64,000 nucleotides of DNA from Polyangiaceae bacterium (GTDB taxonomy: Bacteria; Myxococcota_A; Polyangia; Polyangiales; Polyangiaceae): NCBI GenBank assembly GCA_965222375.1, contig CBDCTZ010000016.1:1728001-1792000 (forward strand), given 5' to 3'. The notes under the pieces were generated by a model that had not been told where the DNA came from, did not search any database, and saw nothing but the letters and a program-made list of their open reading frames with translations. This document shows, piece after piece, positions 28,383 through 39,083 of the stretch. Made by a program: the position numbers and the translations under genes. Each line of letters starts with the position of its first letter. Position 1 is the first letter of the stretch.

Positions 28383-28871
28383 TCACGGCGCTGTTGGTAC
28401 TGCGGGCATGGTGAAGCCGCGGAGGCCAGCGTTCACGAGTTGTTCACGCGTCAGCTCCCCCTTGAGACGAAATGGAACGTCCATGTTCCAGTCGTCGGTG
28501 CCTACGTTGGCGAGGCCCTCGAAGGTGTAGTCCACCTTGGGGGAGGAGCCGAGGGCGGCCAGGGCGCCGAGGTTGCTCCAGGCAATGTTGAGGTCGCTGG
28601 GGACGCGTTCGGTTTTGCCGGCGCCGACCTTGGTGCTGCTCTTGACGGTTGCGGTGCCGACCTCGACGCCGGAGCCGATGAGGAACTTGCCGTTCACCCG
28701 ACGCACGATGATCGGGAAGGAGTTCGGGTTCTGGACGTCGAGCTGGCAGTTGAGGGTCAAACCCGTGGCGGTGATGCCGGTGACCTTGGCCGCATGAGGA
28801 GTGATCTTGGGCGGCTTGGGTTTGGAGCAGGCGACAGCAAGGACTGCCGCGGCAATGAGGGCGCGACGCAT
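28383..28871 (-). CDS. LEA type-2/WHy-domain lipoprotein
   Basis: LAVAC lipobox; LDVQNPNSFPI motif. Confidence 0.8.
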   Translation of the reverse strand: MRRALIAAAVLAVACSKPKPPKITPHAAKVTGITATGLTLNCQLDVQNPNSFPIIVRRVNGKFLIGSGVEVGTATVKSSTKVGAGKTERVPSDLNIAWSNLGALAALGSSPKVDYTFEGLANVGTDDWNMDVPFRLKGELTREQLVNAGLRGFTMPAVPTAP

Positions 28872-28974
28872 GCCTCGGAGTTTTCCACACTCCGCTCACG
28901 AAATCTTGCGGCATCCCTTTCGACGCAAAGCGGCTGTATGAAGAGCGTAGCGTCGGGGCGAAAATGGTTCTCAG

Positions 28975-29961
28975 CTAGAACGGAAATGTCGCCCGGGCGG
29001 AGATGGGGGAGTCCTGGGGGTCGAGGGCGAAGAAGGTGGCGCTGAGCAGCAGGTTGTACCAGAAGTGAATCGCGACGGGGGGTGCGAGGCTGTAGTTGTG
29101 GTGGCGGTAGGACAGGCCAAGAGCGCCCCCAAGCACGGTGATGAAGGGGACGCCGAAGGCGAGATAGCGGACGCGGTCATCTTGATCCAAGGCCAAGGCG
29201 TTCGGTGCGTGGGCGAAGCCGAAGACCAAGCTGCTGGCGACCCAGGCGCTGTCTTCGCCGCTCTGCCGCGCCATCTCGGATTGGATCGTGCCGCGGAAGA
29301 GCGCTTCTTCACCAATGGCGACGTGTTCGAAGAGGCCCACGCCGACCAGGCTGGCTGCGGGATAGCCCACGCCAGGGCTCAAGCGGCGACCGAAGAGGTT
29401 CGGGTCTTTGCCGACGTTGTCGGTGTTGAAGGACTCGTCTACGACGCCGGATAGGCCAATGCCGGCAGCGAGGCCGATCAAGGTGATGGCCCAGACGTCG
29501 GTTTGCGCCAGCACTTCGGGGTTGAAGGGCGCGTAGGCGAGTTCGGCCATGCTGTCTTGCGGCACGTAGCGCAAGCGGGCCGCGCGCTGCTCTTCGAAGT
29601 GTGCGTCGGCCCAGCTGTAGAGGTACAGGTTTTGGAAGCTGATCAAGGGTACGGCTGCGGCTGGGTGCGACAGGCCGTCGAAGCCCTCGTCGCGGTGCAC
29701 TGCGACGGCGATCCCCGTGCCGAGCTCGGCGGCACCCAGCGAGATCAGCGTCGCGGCTTCAGCGCTGCGCCCTTGGCAGACGTGGCCTAGGCCGGGGAAA
29801 AACAGTGCGGTGTCTGCGGAGCAAGCCGCGTCGCGATAGCGCTGCTTGGACTCCTGCTCTCGGGGCATGGGCGGAGCACTGGCCTGCAGGCGCGCACTCT
29901 GAATTGGCGTCGCGCAATTCACCAAAAGGGGTGCCACTAGGAACGCAAAGCCGAGGCGCAA
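28975..29961 (-). CDS. CPBP (CAAX/Abi) intramembrane glutamic protease-family protein
   Basis: EEALFRG, FGFAH and HFWYN motifs. Confidence 0.8.
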   Translation of the reverse strand: MRLGFAFLVAPLLVNCATPIQSARLQASAPPMPREQESKQRYRDAACSADTALFFPGLGHVCQGRSAEAATLISLGAAELGTGIAVAVHRDEGFDGLSHPAAAVPLISFQNLYLYSWADAHFEEQRAARLRYVPQDSMAELAYAPFNPEVLAQTDVWAITLIGLAAGIGLSGVVDESFNTDNVGKDPNLFGRRLSPGVGYPAASLVGVGLFEHVAIGEEALFRGTIQSEMARQSGEDSAWVASSLVFGFAHAPNALALDQDDRVRYLAFGVPFITVLGGALGLSYRHHNYSLAPPVAIHFWYNLLLSATFFALDPQDSPISARATFPF

Positions 29962-30105
29962 AGCACCCTCAGATTAGCAGCCGGCGTGCATGGCGGGTCC
30001 GACACCTGGTGTGCTCCGCCACACCACGCTGTTGGCGGTTTTCCCGAAAAAGGCTAAGTTTGGTTTCCGTCTGCACTGGAACGGCGCTTGCAGTTTTCAA
30101 GGGCC

Positions 30106-31578
30106 ATGACTGCCCTCAAGCTCCTTCGGCGGGCTGGCCTCGTGCTTGTGGCAACCCTGGGCGCAGTGGCCTGTGCGGCGACCCCCGACACGGACGAAGC
30201 GCACGAGCCGAACATCAGCCAGGGCTGCCCGCCTGCACAACTCGAGTGCGGGGATGAGTGCGTGAATGTCGACCATGACGCGGCCAACTGTGGCAGCTGC
30301 GGCAACGAATGCCTCCCTGGACAGTCCTGCGTTGCGGGTCGCTGCAAGACGACGTGCTCGGCCGGGCAGGACGTATGCGACGGTGCATGCACGGACACCT
30401 CGGTGGATCCGGCGCATTGTGGTGACTGCGGGCGCGCGTGTCCCTCCGGGACGTTTTGCGTGGATGGCAAATGTGATCTCGAGTGCCCGGCTTCGAAGAC
30501 GAAGTGCGACGACAAGTGCGTCGATCTGACGTCAGATTCTGGCAACTGTGGCAGCTGCGGTCTCATCTGTGGTGCGGGCGAAGAGTGCACGGACGGTGCA
30601 TGCCGACCGATGTGCGTCGGGTCGCTGCGGTTGTGTAGTGGGCTCTGCGTGGACACTCAGGTCGACCCGAAGCACTGCGGGGCGTGTGGGTTCGTGTGCA
30701 ATGAGGGCGTGGCTTGCGAAGCGGGTGCTTGCGAGGGCAGCTGTAGTTTGGGCTTCGCGAAGTGTGGGGCCGAGTGCGTCGATCCGATGAGCAGCCTCGC
30801 GCACTGCGGACAGTGCGACAATGTCTGTGCCGCTGGAGAAACGTGTACGTCGGGAGTCTGCACGCCAAGTTGCGCGGTGGGGCAGGTGGCCTGTGACGGC
30901 GCTTGCGTGGATACGAAGACCGATTCGAAGCACTGTGGGGGCTGCGGCAAGGCCTGTGGCGCGGGTCAACAGTGTGTGGCGGGTGTTTGTGAAACGCCGT
31001 GCGCGGTTGGGGAAACCAAGTGCGGCTCAGCCTGCGTGGATCTGCTCAGCGACGACAAGAACTGCGGTACCTGCAGCACCGCTTGCGTCAAGGGCGCGAG
31101 CTGCACCGCGGGCAAGTGCGTCGTCGGGTGCAGTCCGACGGCCAACATCGCAGGAACCGCGACGGGCATGAGCAAGTCGCCAGCCGGCGAAGACTCCAAG
31201 GGATACGGCCCGTCGCTTCTCAACGATGGCAAGGGCTATCCGCACTGCACCACCCACAAGTGGCATTGGCTCGGTGTGGCCTATGGGTCGCTCGGCTATA
31301 CGACCTATAGCTGGCCCACGGCGCAGACCGTTGCGCGCATCGAGATCGAAACTGGCAACGCCTGCACGGGGACGGCCGTGGCCATGAAGTCGGCGACGGT
31401 TCAGTGGTGGGACGGCAAAGCCTGGGTCAACGCCGGGACTATCAGTGGCAGCGGCGCGTTGCGCAGCTTCACTTTCTCGACACCGGTGACGACGACCAAG
31501 CTGCGCCTCTACGCCGTCAAGCCTGAGATCTACGACCGCGCCGCGGTGCTGTACGAGTGGAAAGTCTTTTCCTGCTGA
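30106..31578 (+). CDS. Cys-rich lipoprotein with Stig1-like repeats and a discoidin-like C-terminal domain
   Basis: GAVAC lipobox; seven CVD-x3-D-x2-(H/N)CG-x-C repeats; ends YEWKVF. Confidence 0.8.
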   Translation: MTALKLLRRAGLVLVATLGAVACAATPDTDEAHEPNISQGCPPAQLECGDECVNVDHDAANCGSCGNECLPGQSCVAGRCKTTCSAGQDVCDGACTDTSVDPAHCGDCGRACPSGTFCVDGKCDLECPASKTKCDDKCVDLTSDSGNCGSCGLICGAGEECTDGACRPMCVGSLRLCSGLCVDTQVDPKHCGACGFVCNEGVACEAGACEGSCSLGFAKCGAECVDPMSSLAHCGQCDNVCAAGETCTSGVCTPSCAVGQVACDGACVDTKTDSKHCGGCGKACGAGQQCVAGVCETPCAVGETKCGSACVDLLSDDKNCGTCSTACVKGASCTAGKCVVGCSPTANIAGTATGMSKSPAGEDSKGYGPSLLNDGKGYPHCTTHKWHWLGVAYGSLGYTTYSWPTAQTVARIEIETGNACTGTAVAMKSATVQWWDGKAWVNAGTISGSGALRSFTFSTPVTTTKLRLYAVKPEIYDRAAVLYEWKVFSC

Positions 31579-31579
31579 G

Positions 31580-33100
31580 TCACGGTTCACTTGGTTCGGC
31601 TGTGTCGGTCGGTTTGGCCGTGTCGGTCAGCTCGGTCGCGGCGCTGTCTGCCTGCTCTCCGGTTTGGACGCTGACTTGCATCGTGCATGGCTCTGCAAGA
31701 CTCATGGCGTCGGCACGGGCGATCTGCGACTCGGAGAGCAGCCAGACGGGTCTGTCGTTCAACCAGAAGCTCACGCCTAGCTGTTCGCTCTTCAAGGCCA
31801 AGCTCTTGGGTAGCTCGTCGAGCTTGCGCTCCCCGAGCAACTTTGCCGGCTTCTGCATCGTCATCAGCTTCAGGCTGCCCGGCGTGGCAGCGTAGGAAAC
31901 CTCGATGTCCGAGTCTTGGGAACGGCGCAGCACCATGCCGAAACCCGAGCTCAGCTCCGTGGGCTCGACCCGCACCCAGGCTTTGGTGCCCTGAGGCGTC
32001 TTGACCAGGTTGCGAGCTTCTGTGCTGAACTCGAGCTCCCGCTCGCTGATGATGGACGGCTTGGCGAAGGCGGATAGCTCGTAGCCCACGCTCACGGTGC
32101 CCCGCTCCCAGCTCACCCAGTGTGGGCGCGTGTGGTGAAAGGCGGGCATCTCGTCGAGGAAAGGAGTTGCTTTGGAGTAGGCGAAGATGTGCTGAAAGGT
32201 CAGGGTCAAATCGCCGATCTGTTCCAACGGTGCGGTGAGCTCATCGCCGGAGAATTCGCTACGTTCGTATACCTGGCTGAAGTGGTAAATCGCGGGAATC
32301 GAGCTGTCCTCCTCGCGCACCACGTCCTCTCGCGAGTGGTAGCCGTAGATCAAAAGCGGGGCGCCTTCGGTGGACGCGACGATTTCCGTATGCACTCGTG
32401 TCGCGTAGCCGCCGGCGACGGCCAGAGCGATCCCCGCGGCGGCGCCGATCCCCAAGGCCCACTCGGTACCGGGAGCGTCGTCCAGATCTACCCACCAGAT
32501 GGTGACCGCGAATGCGAGATCCGCGAAAATAACACCGCTGGCGACCAATTCGATGATGGTTCCAAACTCGGCCGAGAACGGCCGCCCCGCCAGAGGCAAT
32601 ACCACGAAGCTGGTGCCGACGAAGAGCGCTCCCAAGAGTGCACCGGCAGTGAAAGCAAATAGCAACGCAACCAGGTTGCCCACCAGGAACCTGCGCAAGA
32701 CCGTGCCGAAGCCCACGCCCGGCTCTGGAGAGAGCTTGTGTTTGAGCAGCAGCAGCGGCAGCGCGACCGGAGTCAGAATGAGCACGATCCACGCGAGATC
32801 CCCGAATGCGGCCGATAGCAGGCCGGGCCAGATCCCGTGCTCGGCATTGTTCTTGCCGTGATCGACGATGGCCCAGTAGTCGCGGATGAATCGGTTGTGG
32901 GCGCCGATGAAAGCCAACACCAGCTTGGGCGAATAGGTGAGGTGCACGACCGCCACCACGGTCAGCGCAGCGGTATGAACCGCGAGCAGTGCTTGCTCGA
33001 TCCGAATGACCCATAGGGCGCCGCTGGTAATTCGACGGGGGCGTGAGCCAACCGCCGACGCTCTTGCTGCGCGGCTATCCACTACCCAGATTTGTCGCAC
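31580..33100 (-). CDS. Membrane protein with a soluble C-terminal domain, function unknown (start uncertain)
   Basis: Long ORF, about five TM segments then a hydrophilic domain; directly downstream of the DUF4139 array. Confidence 0.6.
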   Translation of the reverse strand: MRQIWVVDSRAARASAVGSRPRRITSGALWVIRIEQALLAVHTAALTVVAVVHLTYSPKLVLAFIGAHNRFIRDYWAIVDHGKNNAEHGIWPGLLSAAFGDLAWIVLILTPVALPLLLLKHKLSPEPGVGFGTVLRRFLVGNLVALLFAFTAGALLGALFVGTSFVVLPLAGRPFSAEFGTIIELVASGVIFADLAFAVTIWWVDLDDAPGTEWALGIGAAAGIALAVAGGYATRVHTEIVASTEGAPLLIYGYHSREDVVREEDSSIPAIYHFSQVYERSEFSGDELTAPLEQIGDLTLTFQHIFAYSKATPFLDEMPAFHHTRPHWVSWERGTVSVGYELSAFAKPSIISERELEFSTEARNLVKTPQGTKAWVRVEPTELSSGFGMVLRRSQDSDIEVSYAATPGSLKLMTMQKPAKLLGERKLDELPKSLALKSEQLGVSFWLNDRPVWLLSESQIARADAMSLAEPCTMQVSVQTGEQADSAATELTDTAKPTDTAEPSEP

Positions 33101-33219
33101 GTGAGTGCGACGACTGGCTACCGATTTGGCGTCTGTGGCGGATTCGGGCTCGAAGCCCGAGCTCCGAGATGGCGATTGGCGGCGGCTGATCGCTCCAGAG
33201 CGAGCGCGATGCCCCCACT

Positions 33220-34647
33220 TCAGCACCAGCGTACGCGCACTCGATATTTGATCTTGGTCTTGCCCCGGGCCGGCACGTTCACGTCGAAGGTGAAGGTGAA
33301 GGCGTCCTTCTTCTTGTGGGGGTGCGTGGAATCCAAGACCGTCCAATCACCGCCCACGGGTTCGAAGATCTCGACCCGCTCGGCCTCGTCCTTGTGGTTG
33401 CGCAGCTCGATTTCCCAAGTGCTCTCGGACGTGCAGCTGCCGAATCGGCGCCAGGACATCTGCTTGCGGTCGCCGACGACGTCGAAGGCTTCGCCCATCT
33501 TGATCCGCACCTTTTCGTCTCGCGGCGTGTGGTCGATGCGGTCTTCGCCGATGAACTGCTTCGCGCCGCTCTTATCGGCTTTGTAGACCCGCACGATGCC
33601 CTTGGGCAGCGGAATGCCCAAGCCGTTTCGCTTGGAATTCTCCAAGTCCAGATACACGCCGACCTTCTGGTTCTTCTGCACCGAGCCGTAGCGGCTGCGG
33701 TACCAGTACTGCTTGCCGTAGTAGATCAGCTTCTTTCTCACCTTGGCGTTCTCGGCCTCCAGCAGCGTGACTTGCTTCTGCTCGTTTTCGAGCACGTCGG
33801 TTGGCTTCTGCAGCGTGTACAGGTGGTATTCGAAGAAGCTCTCTTGGGAAAACTGGGTCTTGGATTTCGATTGGCGTGCAGCGTAGGAGCCCCCGGGACG
33901 TCCACCGCTACCGCTGACGCGCTGAACGTCGCCCGCCACCAGCTTCAGGCGTGCAGCTTCATAAGCCGCACCCGAGCGGTTGTTCAAAGTGACCCAGCCA
34001 GTCAGATCGCCGAGGGTATCGTTGGCGTTGATCACGAAGACATAGTCGGCCTTCCAGGTCATGTTACGGGTCAGGTAGGTGACCTCGACCTTCTGCTTGG
34101 CCCGCTTGCTGTCCAAGAGCCACACCAGGGTCGGCTTGCTCATCAGGTTTTCCGGTACGCCCGGGAAGCTGACCCGCCCCGGGAAGGAATAGGTGATCTC
34201 GCCGCCGATCTTGTAAACCGGCGTGCCGCCCGCCACGCTGAGCAGCTCGGCGTTGAAGGTGTCTTCCTTGCCCAGGCGCTCGTTGTAGCGGTGGAGCTTC
34301 ACCTTCCGACCCACGTGCTTTTCGAGCAGCTTTTTCGGCGTGAGCAGGTCGAAGCGATAATTCTGCTCCAGCACCGACAGGCCCGGCGCTTTGATCGATA
34401 CGGTTTCGGGTTGGATCTGCGAGGCCACGTCCTTGAAGGACAGTGCGACCTTGCCCGTTCCTAGATTGAGCTCTCGAACCTCGCGCACCAAACCGAAGTT
34501 CTGGTTGTAGACGGTGATGCTGACCTCTTTGCGGTCGGGTGCGCCCGATGACTTCTTGGTTGGCGCCGCGGCGGCGGTTGTCATCCACGCGCTTGCGGTC
34601 AGCGCCGAGAGGCCAAGCCAAAGATAGCGTCGTTTTCGATTCTTCAT
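33220..34647 (-). CDS. DUF4139-like secreted protein, type A copy 1
   Basis: ITVYNQNFGLVRE, EQNYRFDLL, WKADY, GWVTLNN, LVAGDV, EYHLY and GEDRIDHTP motifs; ends RVRVRWC. Confidence 0.85.
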   Translation of the reverse strand: MKNRKRRYLWLGLSALTASAWMTTAAAAPTKKSSGAPDRKEVSITVYNQNFGLVREVRELNLGTGKVALSFKDVASQIQPETVSIKAPGLSVLEQNYRFDLLTPKKLLEKHVGRKVKLHRYNERLGKEDTFNAELLSVAGGTPVYKIGGEITYSFPGRVSFPGVPENLMSKPTLVWLLDSKRAKQKVEVTYLTRNMTWKADYVFVINANDTLGDLTGWVTLNNRSGAAYEAARLKLVAGDVQRVSGSGGRPGGSYAARQSKSKTQFSQESFFEYHLYTLQKPTDVLENEQKQVTLLEAENAKVRKKLIYYGKQYWYRSRYGSVQKNQKVGVYLDLENSKRNGLGIPLPKGIVRVYKADKSGAKQFIGEDRIDHTPRDEKVRIKMGEAFDVVGDRKQMSWRRFGSCTSESTWEIELRNHKDEAERVEIFEPVGGDWTVLDSTHPHKKKDAFTFTFDVNVPARGKTKIKYRVRVRWC

Positions 34648-34649
34648 AT

Positions 34650-36122
34650 TCAGCACCACCGTACCCGGACGCGATAGGTCACTTTGGTCTTGCCGCGAGC
34701 GGGCACCTTTACGTCGAACTTGAAGGTCTTGGAGTCTTCTTTGATGTGCCGATGGCTCTCCTGGACGATTTCCCAGTCACCGGCGATGGGCTCCATCACC
34801 TCCACTCGGATCCCTTCGTCCTTGTGGTTGCGCAATTCGATTTCCCAGCTGCTCTCGGAGGCGCATGGGCCGAGGGTGGTCCAGTCCATCTGCTTGCGAT
34901 CACCGATCACATCGAAGGCTTCGCCCATCTTGATCCGGATCTCTTCGTCCCGAGGCGTGTGGTCGATCCGGTCCTCGCCGATGAACTGCTTGGCGCCGGC
35001 CTTGTCGGCCTTGTAGACCCGCACCGTGCCCTGAGGCAGCGACATGCCCATGCGGTTGTCTTCGGTGTTGTCGATGTCCAGATACACACCGACTTTCTGG
35101 TTCTTCATCACCTGGCCGTAGCGGCCGCGATAGAAGTGCTGTTTTCCAAAGAAGATTAGCTTCTTCTTGACCCCGATCCCTCGCGCCGAGAGCAGCGTGA
35201 CCTGCTTCTTCTCCTTGTCGAGCAGGTCGGTAGGCCGAGCCAGGGTGTACAGGTGATACTCGAAGAAACCCTCTTCGGAAAACTGGGGTGCGTCCTCTCC
35301 AGCAGAGACTTCCGCCTCCTCCATGGGCGCGTACTGCGCGCGGTTCATTTCGTTGCGCACACGCTGAACGTCCCCAGCGACCAGCTTGAGCTCGGCGTTC
35401 TCGTAGCTGGTGCCGCTGTTGTTGGTCAGGCTGACCCAGCCGGTCAGGTCGCCGACTTTGTCTTTGTTGTCTACGGTCATCACGTAGTCGGCGTTCCAGC
35501 TCAGGTTCTGGGAGATGTAGCTGACCTCGACCCGTTGCCGAGGTATGCCGCTGGTGAGCAGCCAAACCAGCGTGGGCTTGGCCATCAGGTTCTTGGGCAC
35601 TTCCGGAAAGGCGAAACGACCTGGAAAGTTGTAGGTCACTTCGCCATTAATCTTGAGAACGGTGCCCTTTTCGACGGCGAGTACTTCCGCGTCAAAGGCG
35701 TCCTCTTTGCCGGTTTTCTCGTTGAAGCGATACACCTTGACGGTCTTGCCAACGTATTTTTCGAGCAGCTTCTGCGGGCTCAGCAGATCGTAGCGATAGT
35801 TCTGCTCCAGCACCGATAGCGCGCCTGCGTCGCTCAGGCTGCGGATGTGCACCGTTTCCGGTTGGATGTGGGCAGAGACGTCCTGGTATTCCAAGGACAC
35901 GCGACCCTTGCCCAGGTTGACCTTCCGGATCTCCCGCACCAGACCGAAGTTTTGGTTGTAGACGGTGATGGCCACCTTCTCGCGCTGCTTGGCGCTGGAG
36001 TCCTTCTCGGTGGTGGGGCCGTCGTCGGCGTGCTTCGCAGGCTTCTTGCCCCCGCAAGCACCGAGCAGGGTCAGGGTTGCCGCGAAGGCCGCGGCGCGGA
36101 GGGTGAACTTCGACATCTTCAT
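34650..36122 (-). CDS. DUF4139-like lipoprotein, type B copy 1
   Basis: LLGAC lipobox; same core motifs as type A. Confidence 0.85.
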   Translation of the reverse strand: MKMSKFTLRAAAFAATLTLLGACGGKKPAKHADDGPTTEKDSSAKQREKVAITVYNQNFGLVREIRKVNLGKGRVSLEYQDVSAHIQPETVHIRSLSDAGALSVLEQNYRYDLLSPQKLLEKYVGKTVKVYRFNEKTGKEDAFDAEVLAVEKGTVLKINGEVTYNFPGRFAFPEVPKNLMAKPTLVWLLTSGIPRQRVEVSYISQNLSWNADYVMTVDNKDKVGDLTGWVSLTNNSGTSYENAELKLVAGDVQRVRNEMNRAQYAPMEEAEVSAGEDAPQFSEEGFFEYHLYTLARPTDLLDKEKKQVTLLSARGIGVKKKLIFFGKQHFYRGRYGQVMKNQKVGVYLDIDNTEDNRMGMSLPQGTVRVYKADKAGAKQFIGEDRIDHTPRDEEIRIKMGEAFDVIGDRKQMDWTTLGPCASESSWEIELRNHKDEGIRVEVMEPIAGDWEIVQESHRHIKEDSKTFKFDVKVPARGKTKVTYRVRVRWC

Positions 36123-36124
36123 GT

Positions 36125-37555
36125 TCAGCACCAGCGCACCCTCACGCGATACTTGATCTTGGTTTTGCCCCGGGCCGGGACACGCACATCGAAGGTGAAG
36201 GTGAAGGCGTCCTTCTTCTTGTGGGGATGGGTGGAATCGAGGATCTTCCAGTCACCACCGATGGGCTCGAAGATCTCCACCTGCTCGGCTTTGTCCTTGT
36301 GGTTGCGAAGCTCGATCTCCCAGGTGCTCTCGGTGGTGCAGCTGCCGAGCTTGCGCCAAGACATCTGCTTGCGGTCGCCGACGACGTCGAAGGCCTCGCC
36401 CATCTTGATGCGCACCCGCTCATCCCGAGGCGTATGGTCGATGCGGTCCTCGCCGATGAACTGCTTGGCGCCGCTCTTGTCGGCCTTGTAGACCCGCACG
36501 ATGCCCTTGGGCAGAGGAATACCGAGGCCGTTCTGTTTGGTGTTCTGGATGTCCAGATACACGCCGACCTTCTGGTTCTTCTGCACCGAGCCATAGCGGC
36601 TGCGGTACCAGTACTGCCTGCCGTAGTAGATCAGCTTCTTCTTCACCTTGGCGTTCTCAGCCTCGAGCAGCGTGACCTGTTTCTGCTCGTTTTCGAGCAC
36701 GTCGGTGGGGCGAGCCAGAGTGTATAGGTGGTACTCGAAGAAGCTTTCTTGGCTGAATTGGGGCTTGGAGGTTGACGCGGCGGCCGTGGTCACCCGACTC
36801 ACTGCGTAGCTTCGATCGCTGGAGACGCGTTGCACGTCGCCTGCCACCAGCTTGAGTCGTGCTCGCTCGTAGGCCGCGCCGGTGCGGTTGTTCAAGGTGA
36901 CCCAGCCGGTCAGATCCCCCGCCGTGTCTTTGGCGTTGATCACGAAGACGTAGTCGGCTTTCCAGGTCATGTTGCGGGTCAGGTAGGTGACCTCGACCTT
37001 CTGCTTGGCCCGTTTGCTGTCCAAGAGCCACACCAGGGTCGGTTTGCTCATCAGGTTCGCGGGCACGCCTGGGAAGCTCACGCGCCCTGGGAAGGAATAC
37101 GTGATCTCGCCGCCGATCTTGTAGACTGGGGTGCCGCCCGCCACGCTGAGCAGTTCGGCGTTGAAGGTGTCTTCTTTACCCAGCCGCTCGTTGTAGCGAT
37201 GCAGCTTCACCTTCCGACCCACGTGCTTCTCGAGCAGCTTCTTCGGCGTGAGCAGGTCGAAGCGATAGTTCTGCTCGAGCACCGACAGGCCCGGCGCCTT
37301 GATGGCCACGGTCTCGGGTTGGATCTGCGAGGCCACGTCCTTGAAGGCCAGCGCCACCTTGCCGGTGCCCAAGTTCAGCTCTCGAACTTCCCGCACCAGG
37401 CCGAAGTTCTGGTTGTACACCGTGATGCTGACCTCTTTGCGGTCCGCACTACCAGATGTCTTTTTCGCTGGCGCCGCCGATGCGGAGCCGAGCCATGCAG
37501 TTGCGGTCAGAGCTGAAAGCCCCAGCCAGAGCAAGCGTCGTTTTCGTGTTTTCAT
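36125..37555 (-). CDS. DUF4139-like secreted protein, type A copy 2
   Basis: Close paralog of 33220-34647; start MKTRKRRLLW. Confidence 0.85.
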   Translation of the reverse strand: MKTRKRRLLWLGLSALTATAWLGSASAAPAKKTSGSADRKEVSITVYNQNFGLVREVRELNLGTGKVALAFKDVASQIQPETVAIKAPGLSVLEQNYRFDLLTPKKLLEKHVGRKVKLHRYNERLGKEDTFNAELLSVAGGTPVYKIGGEITYSFPGRVSFPGVPANLMSKPTLVWLLDSKRAKQKVEVTYLTRNMTWKADYVFVINAKDTAGDLTGWVTLNNRTGAAYERARLKLVAGDVQRVSSDRSYAVSRVTTAAASTSKPQFSQESFFEYHLYTLARPTDVLENEQKQVTLLEAENAKVKKKLIYYGRQYWYRSRYGSVQKNQKVGVYLDIQNTKQNGLGIPLPKGIVRVYKADKSGAKQFIGEDRIDHTPRDERVRIKMGEAFDVVGDRKQMSWRKLGSCTTESTWEIELRNHKDKAEQVEIFEPIGGDWKILDSTHPHKKKDAFTFTFDVRVPARGKTKIKYRVRVRWC

Positions 37556-37557
37556 AT

Positions 37558-39030
37558 TCAGCACCACCGTACCCGGACGCGATAGGTCACTTTGGTCTTG
37601 CCGCGAGCGGGCACGCTCACGTCGAACTTGAAGGTTTTGGAGTCTTCCTTGATGTGGCGATGGCTCTCTTGGATGATTTCCCAATCCCCCGCGATGGGCT
37701 CCATCACTTCCACTCGAACGCCTTCGTCTTTGTGATTGCGCAGCTCGATCTCCCAACTGGTCTCGGCCGCGCAGCGCCCTAGGGTTCGCCAGTCCATCTG
37801 CTTGCGCTCACCGACGACATCGAAGGCTTCGCCCATCTTGATCCGGATCTCTTCGTCTCGAGGCGTGTGGTCGATGCGGTCTTCACCAATGAACTGCTTG
37901 GCCCCCGCCTTGTCGGCCTTGTAAACCCGAACGGTGCCTTGGGGCAGGGGCATGCCCATGCGGTTGTCCTCGGTGTTGTCGATGTCGAGATACACACCGA
38001 CTTTCTGGTTCTTCATCACCTGGCCGTAGCGGCCGCGGTAGTAATGCTGAGCGCCGTAGTAGATCAGTTTCTTTTTGATACCGATCCCATTCGCTTGGAG
38101 CAGCGTGACTTGCTTCTTTTCCTTGTCGAGCAAGTCCGTGGGGCGGCTCAAGGTGTACAGGTGGTACTCGAAGAATCCCTCCTCGGAAAACTGCTTGTCT
38201 CCGCCGCTTTCGTCTTCTGGCTCGCCGTCCAAGTCACCGTAGCGGTCTCGGCTCATCTCGGCACGCACCCGCCGTACGTCGCCGGCGACGAGCTTCAGCT
38301 CGGCGTTTTCGTAGCTGGTGCCGCTGTTGTTGGTCAGGCTGACCCAGCCAGTCAGATCGCCGACCTTGTCCTTGTTGTCGACGGTCAGCACATAGTCGGC
38401 GTTCCAGCTCAGGTTCTGGGAGATGTAGCTGACCTCGACCCGTTGCTGCGGCAGGCCGCTTTTCAAGAGCCACACCAGGGTGGGCTTGGCCATCAGGTTC
38501 TTGGGCACTTCTGGGAAGGCGAAGCGACCTGGGAAGTTGTAGGTCACTTCGCCGTTGATCTTCAGCACCGTGCCCTTTTCGACTGCCAGCACCTCGGCGT
38601 CGAACTCGTCCTCGGTGCCGGTCTCCTTGTTATACCGGTACACCTTGACCTTCTTGCCGACGTACTTTTCGAGCAGCTTCTTGGGGCTGAGCAGATCGTA
38701 GCGATAGTTTTGCTCCAAGACGGAGAGCGCGCTGGCGTCATCCAGGCTGCGGATGTGCACCGTCTCCGGTTGGATGTGCGCGGAGACATCTTGGTAGTCC
38801 AAGGACACCCGGCCCTTGCCCAGGTTGACCTTGCGGATTTCCCGCACCAGCCCGAAGTTCTGGTTGTAGACGGTGATGGCCACCTTCTCGCGCTGTTTCG
38901 CGCTCGAATCCTTCTCGCTAACAGGGCCGTCGTCATGGGACTTGGCGGGCTTCTTGGCGCCGCACGCACCCAGGAGGGCGACCGAGGCGGCGCAGGCGAT
39001 GGTGCGGACAGTGTGTTTGGAAAGAGACAT
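37558..39030 (-). CDS. DUF4139-like lipoprotein, type B copy 2
   Basis: Close paralog of 34650-36122; start MSLSKH...LLGAC. Confidence 0.85.
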   Translation of the reverse strand: MSLSKHTVRTIACAASVALLGACGAKKPAKSHDDGPVSEKDSSAKQREKVAITVYNQNFGLVREIRKVNLGKGRVSLDYQDVSAHIQPETVHIRSLDDASALSVLEQNYRYDLLSPKKLLEKYVGKKVKVYRYNKETGTEDEFDAEVLAVEKGTVLKINGEVTYNFPGRFAFPEVPKNLMAKPTLVWLLKSGLPQQRVEVSYISQNLSWNADYVLTVDNKDKVGDLTGWVSLTNNSGTSYENAELKLVAGDVRRVRAEMSRDRYGDLDGEPEDESGGDKQFSEEGFFEYHLYTLSRPTDLLDKEKKQVTLLQANGIGIKKKLIYYGAQHYYRGRYGQVMKNQKVGVYLDIDNTEDNRMGMPLPQGTVRVYKADKAGAKQFIGEDRIDHTPRDEEIRIKMGEAFDVVGERKQMDWRTLGRCAAETSWEIELRNHKDEGVRVEVMEPIAGDWEIIQESHRHIKEDSKTFKFDVSVPARGKTKVTYRVRVRWC

Positions 39031-39083
39031 GGTCGAGTTTCGAAGCGTGAGACGTATCGGGGAGCGTTTGGGTTCTCGGAAAA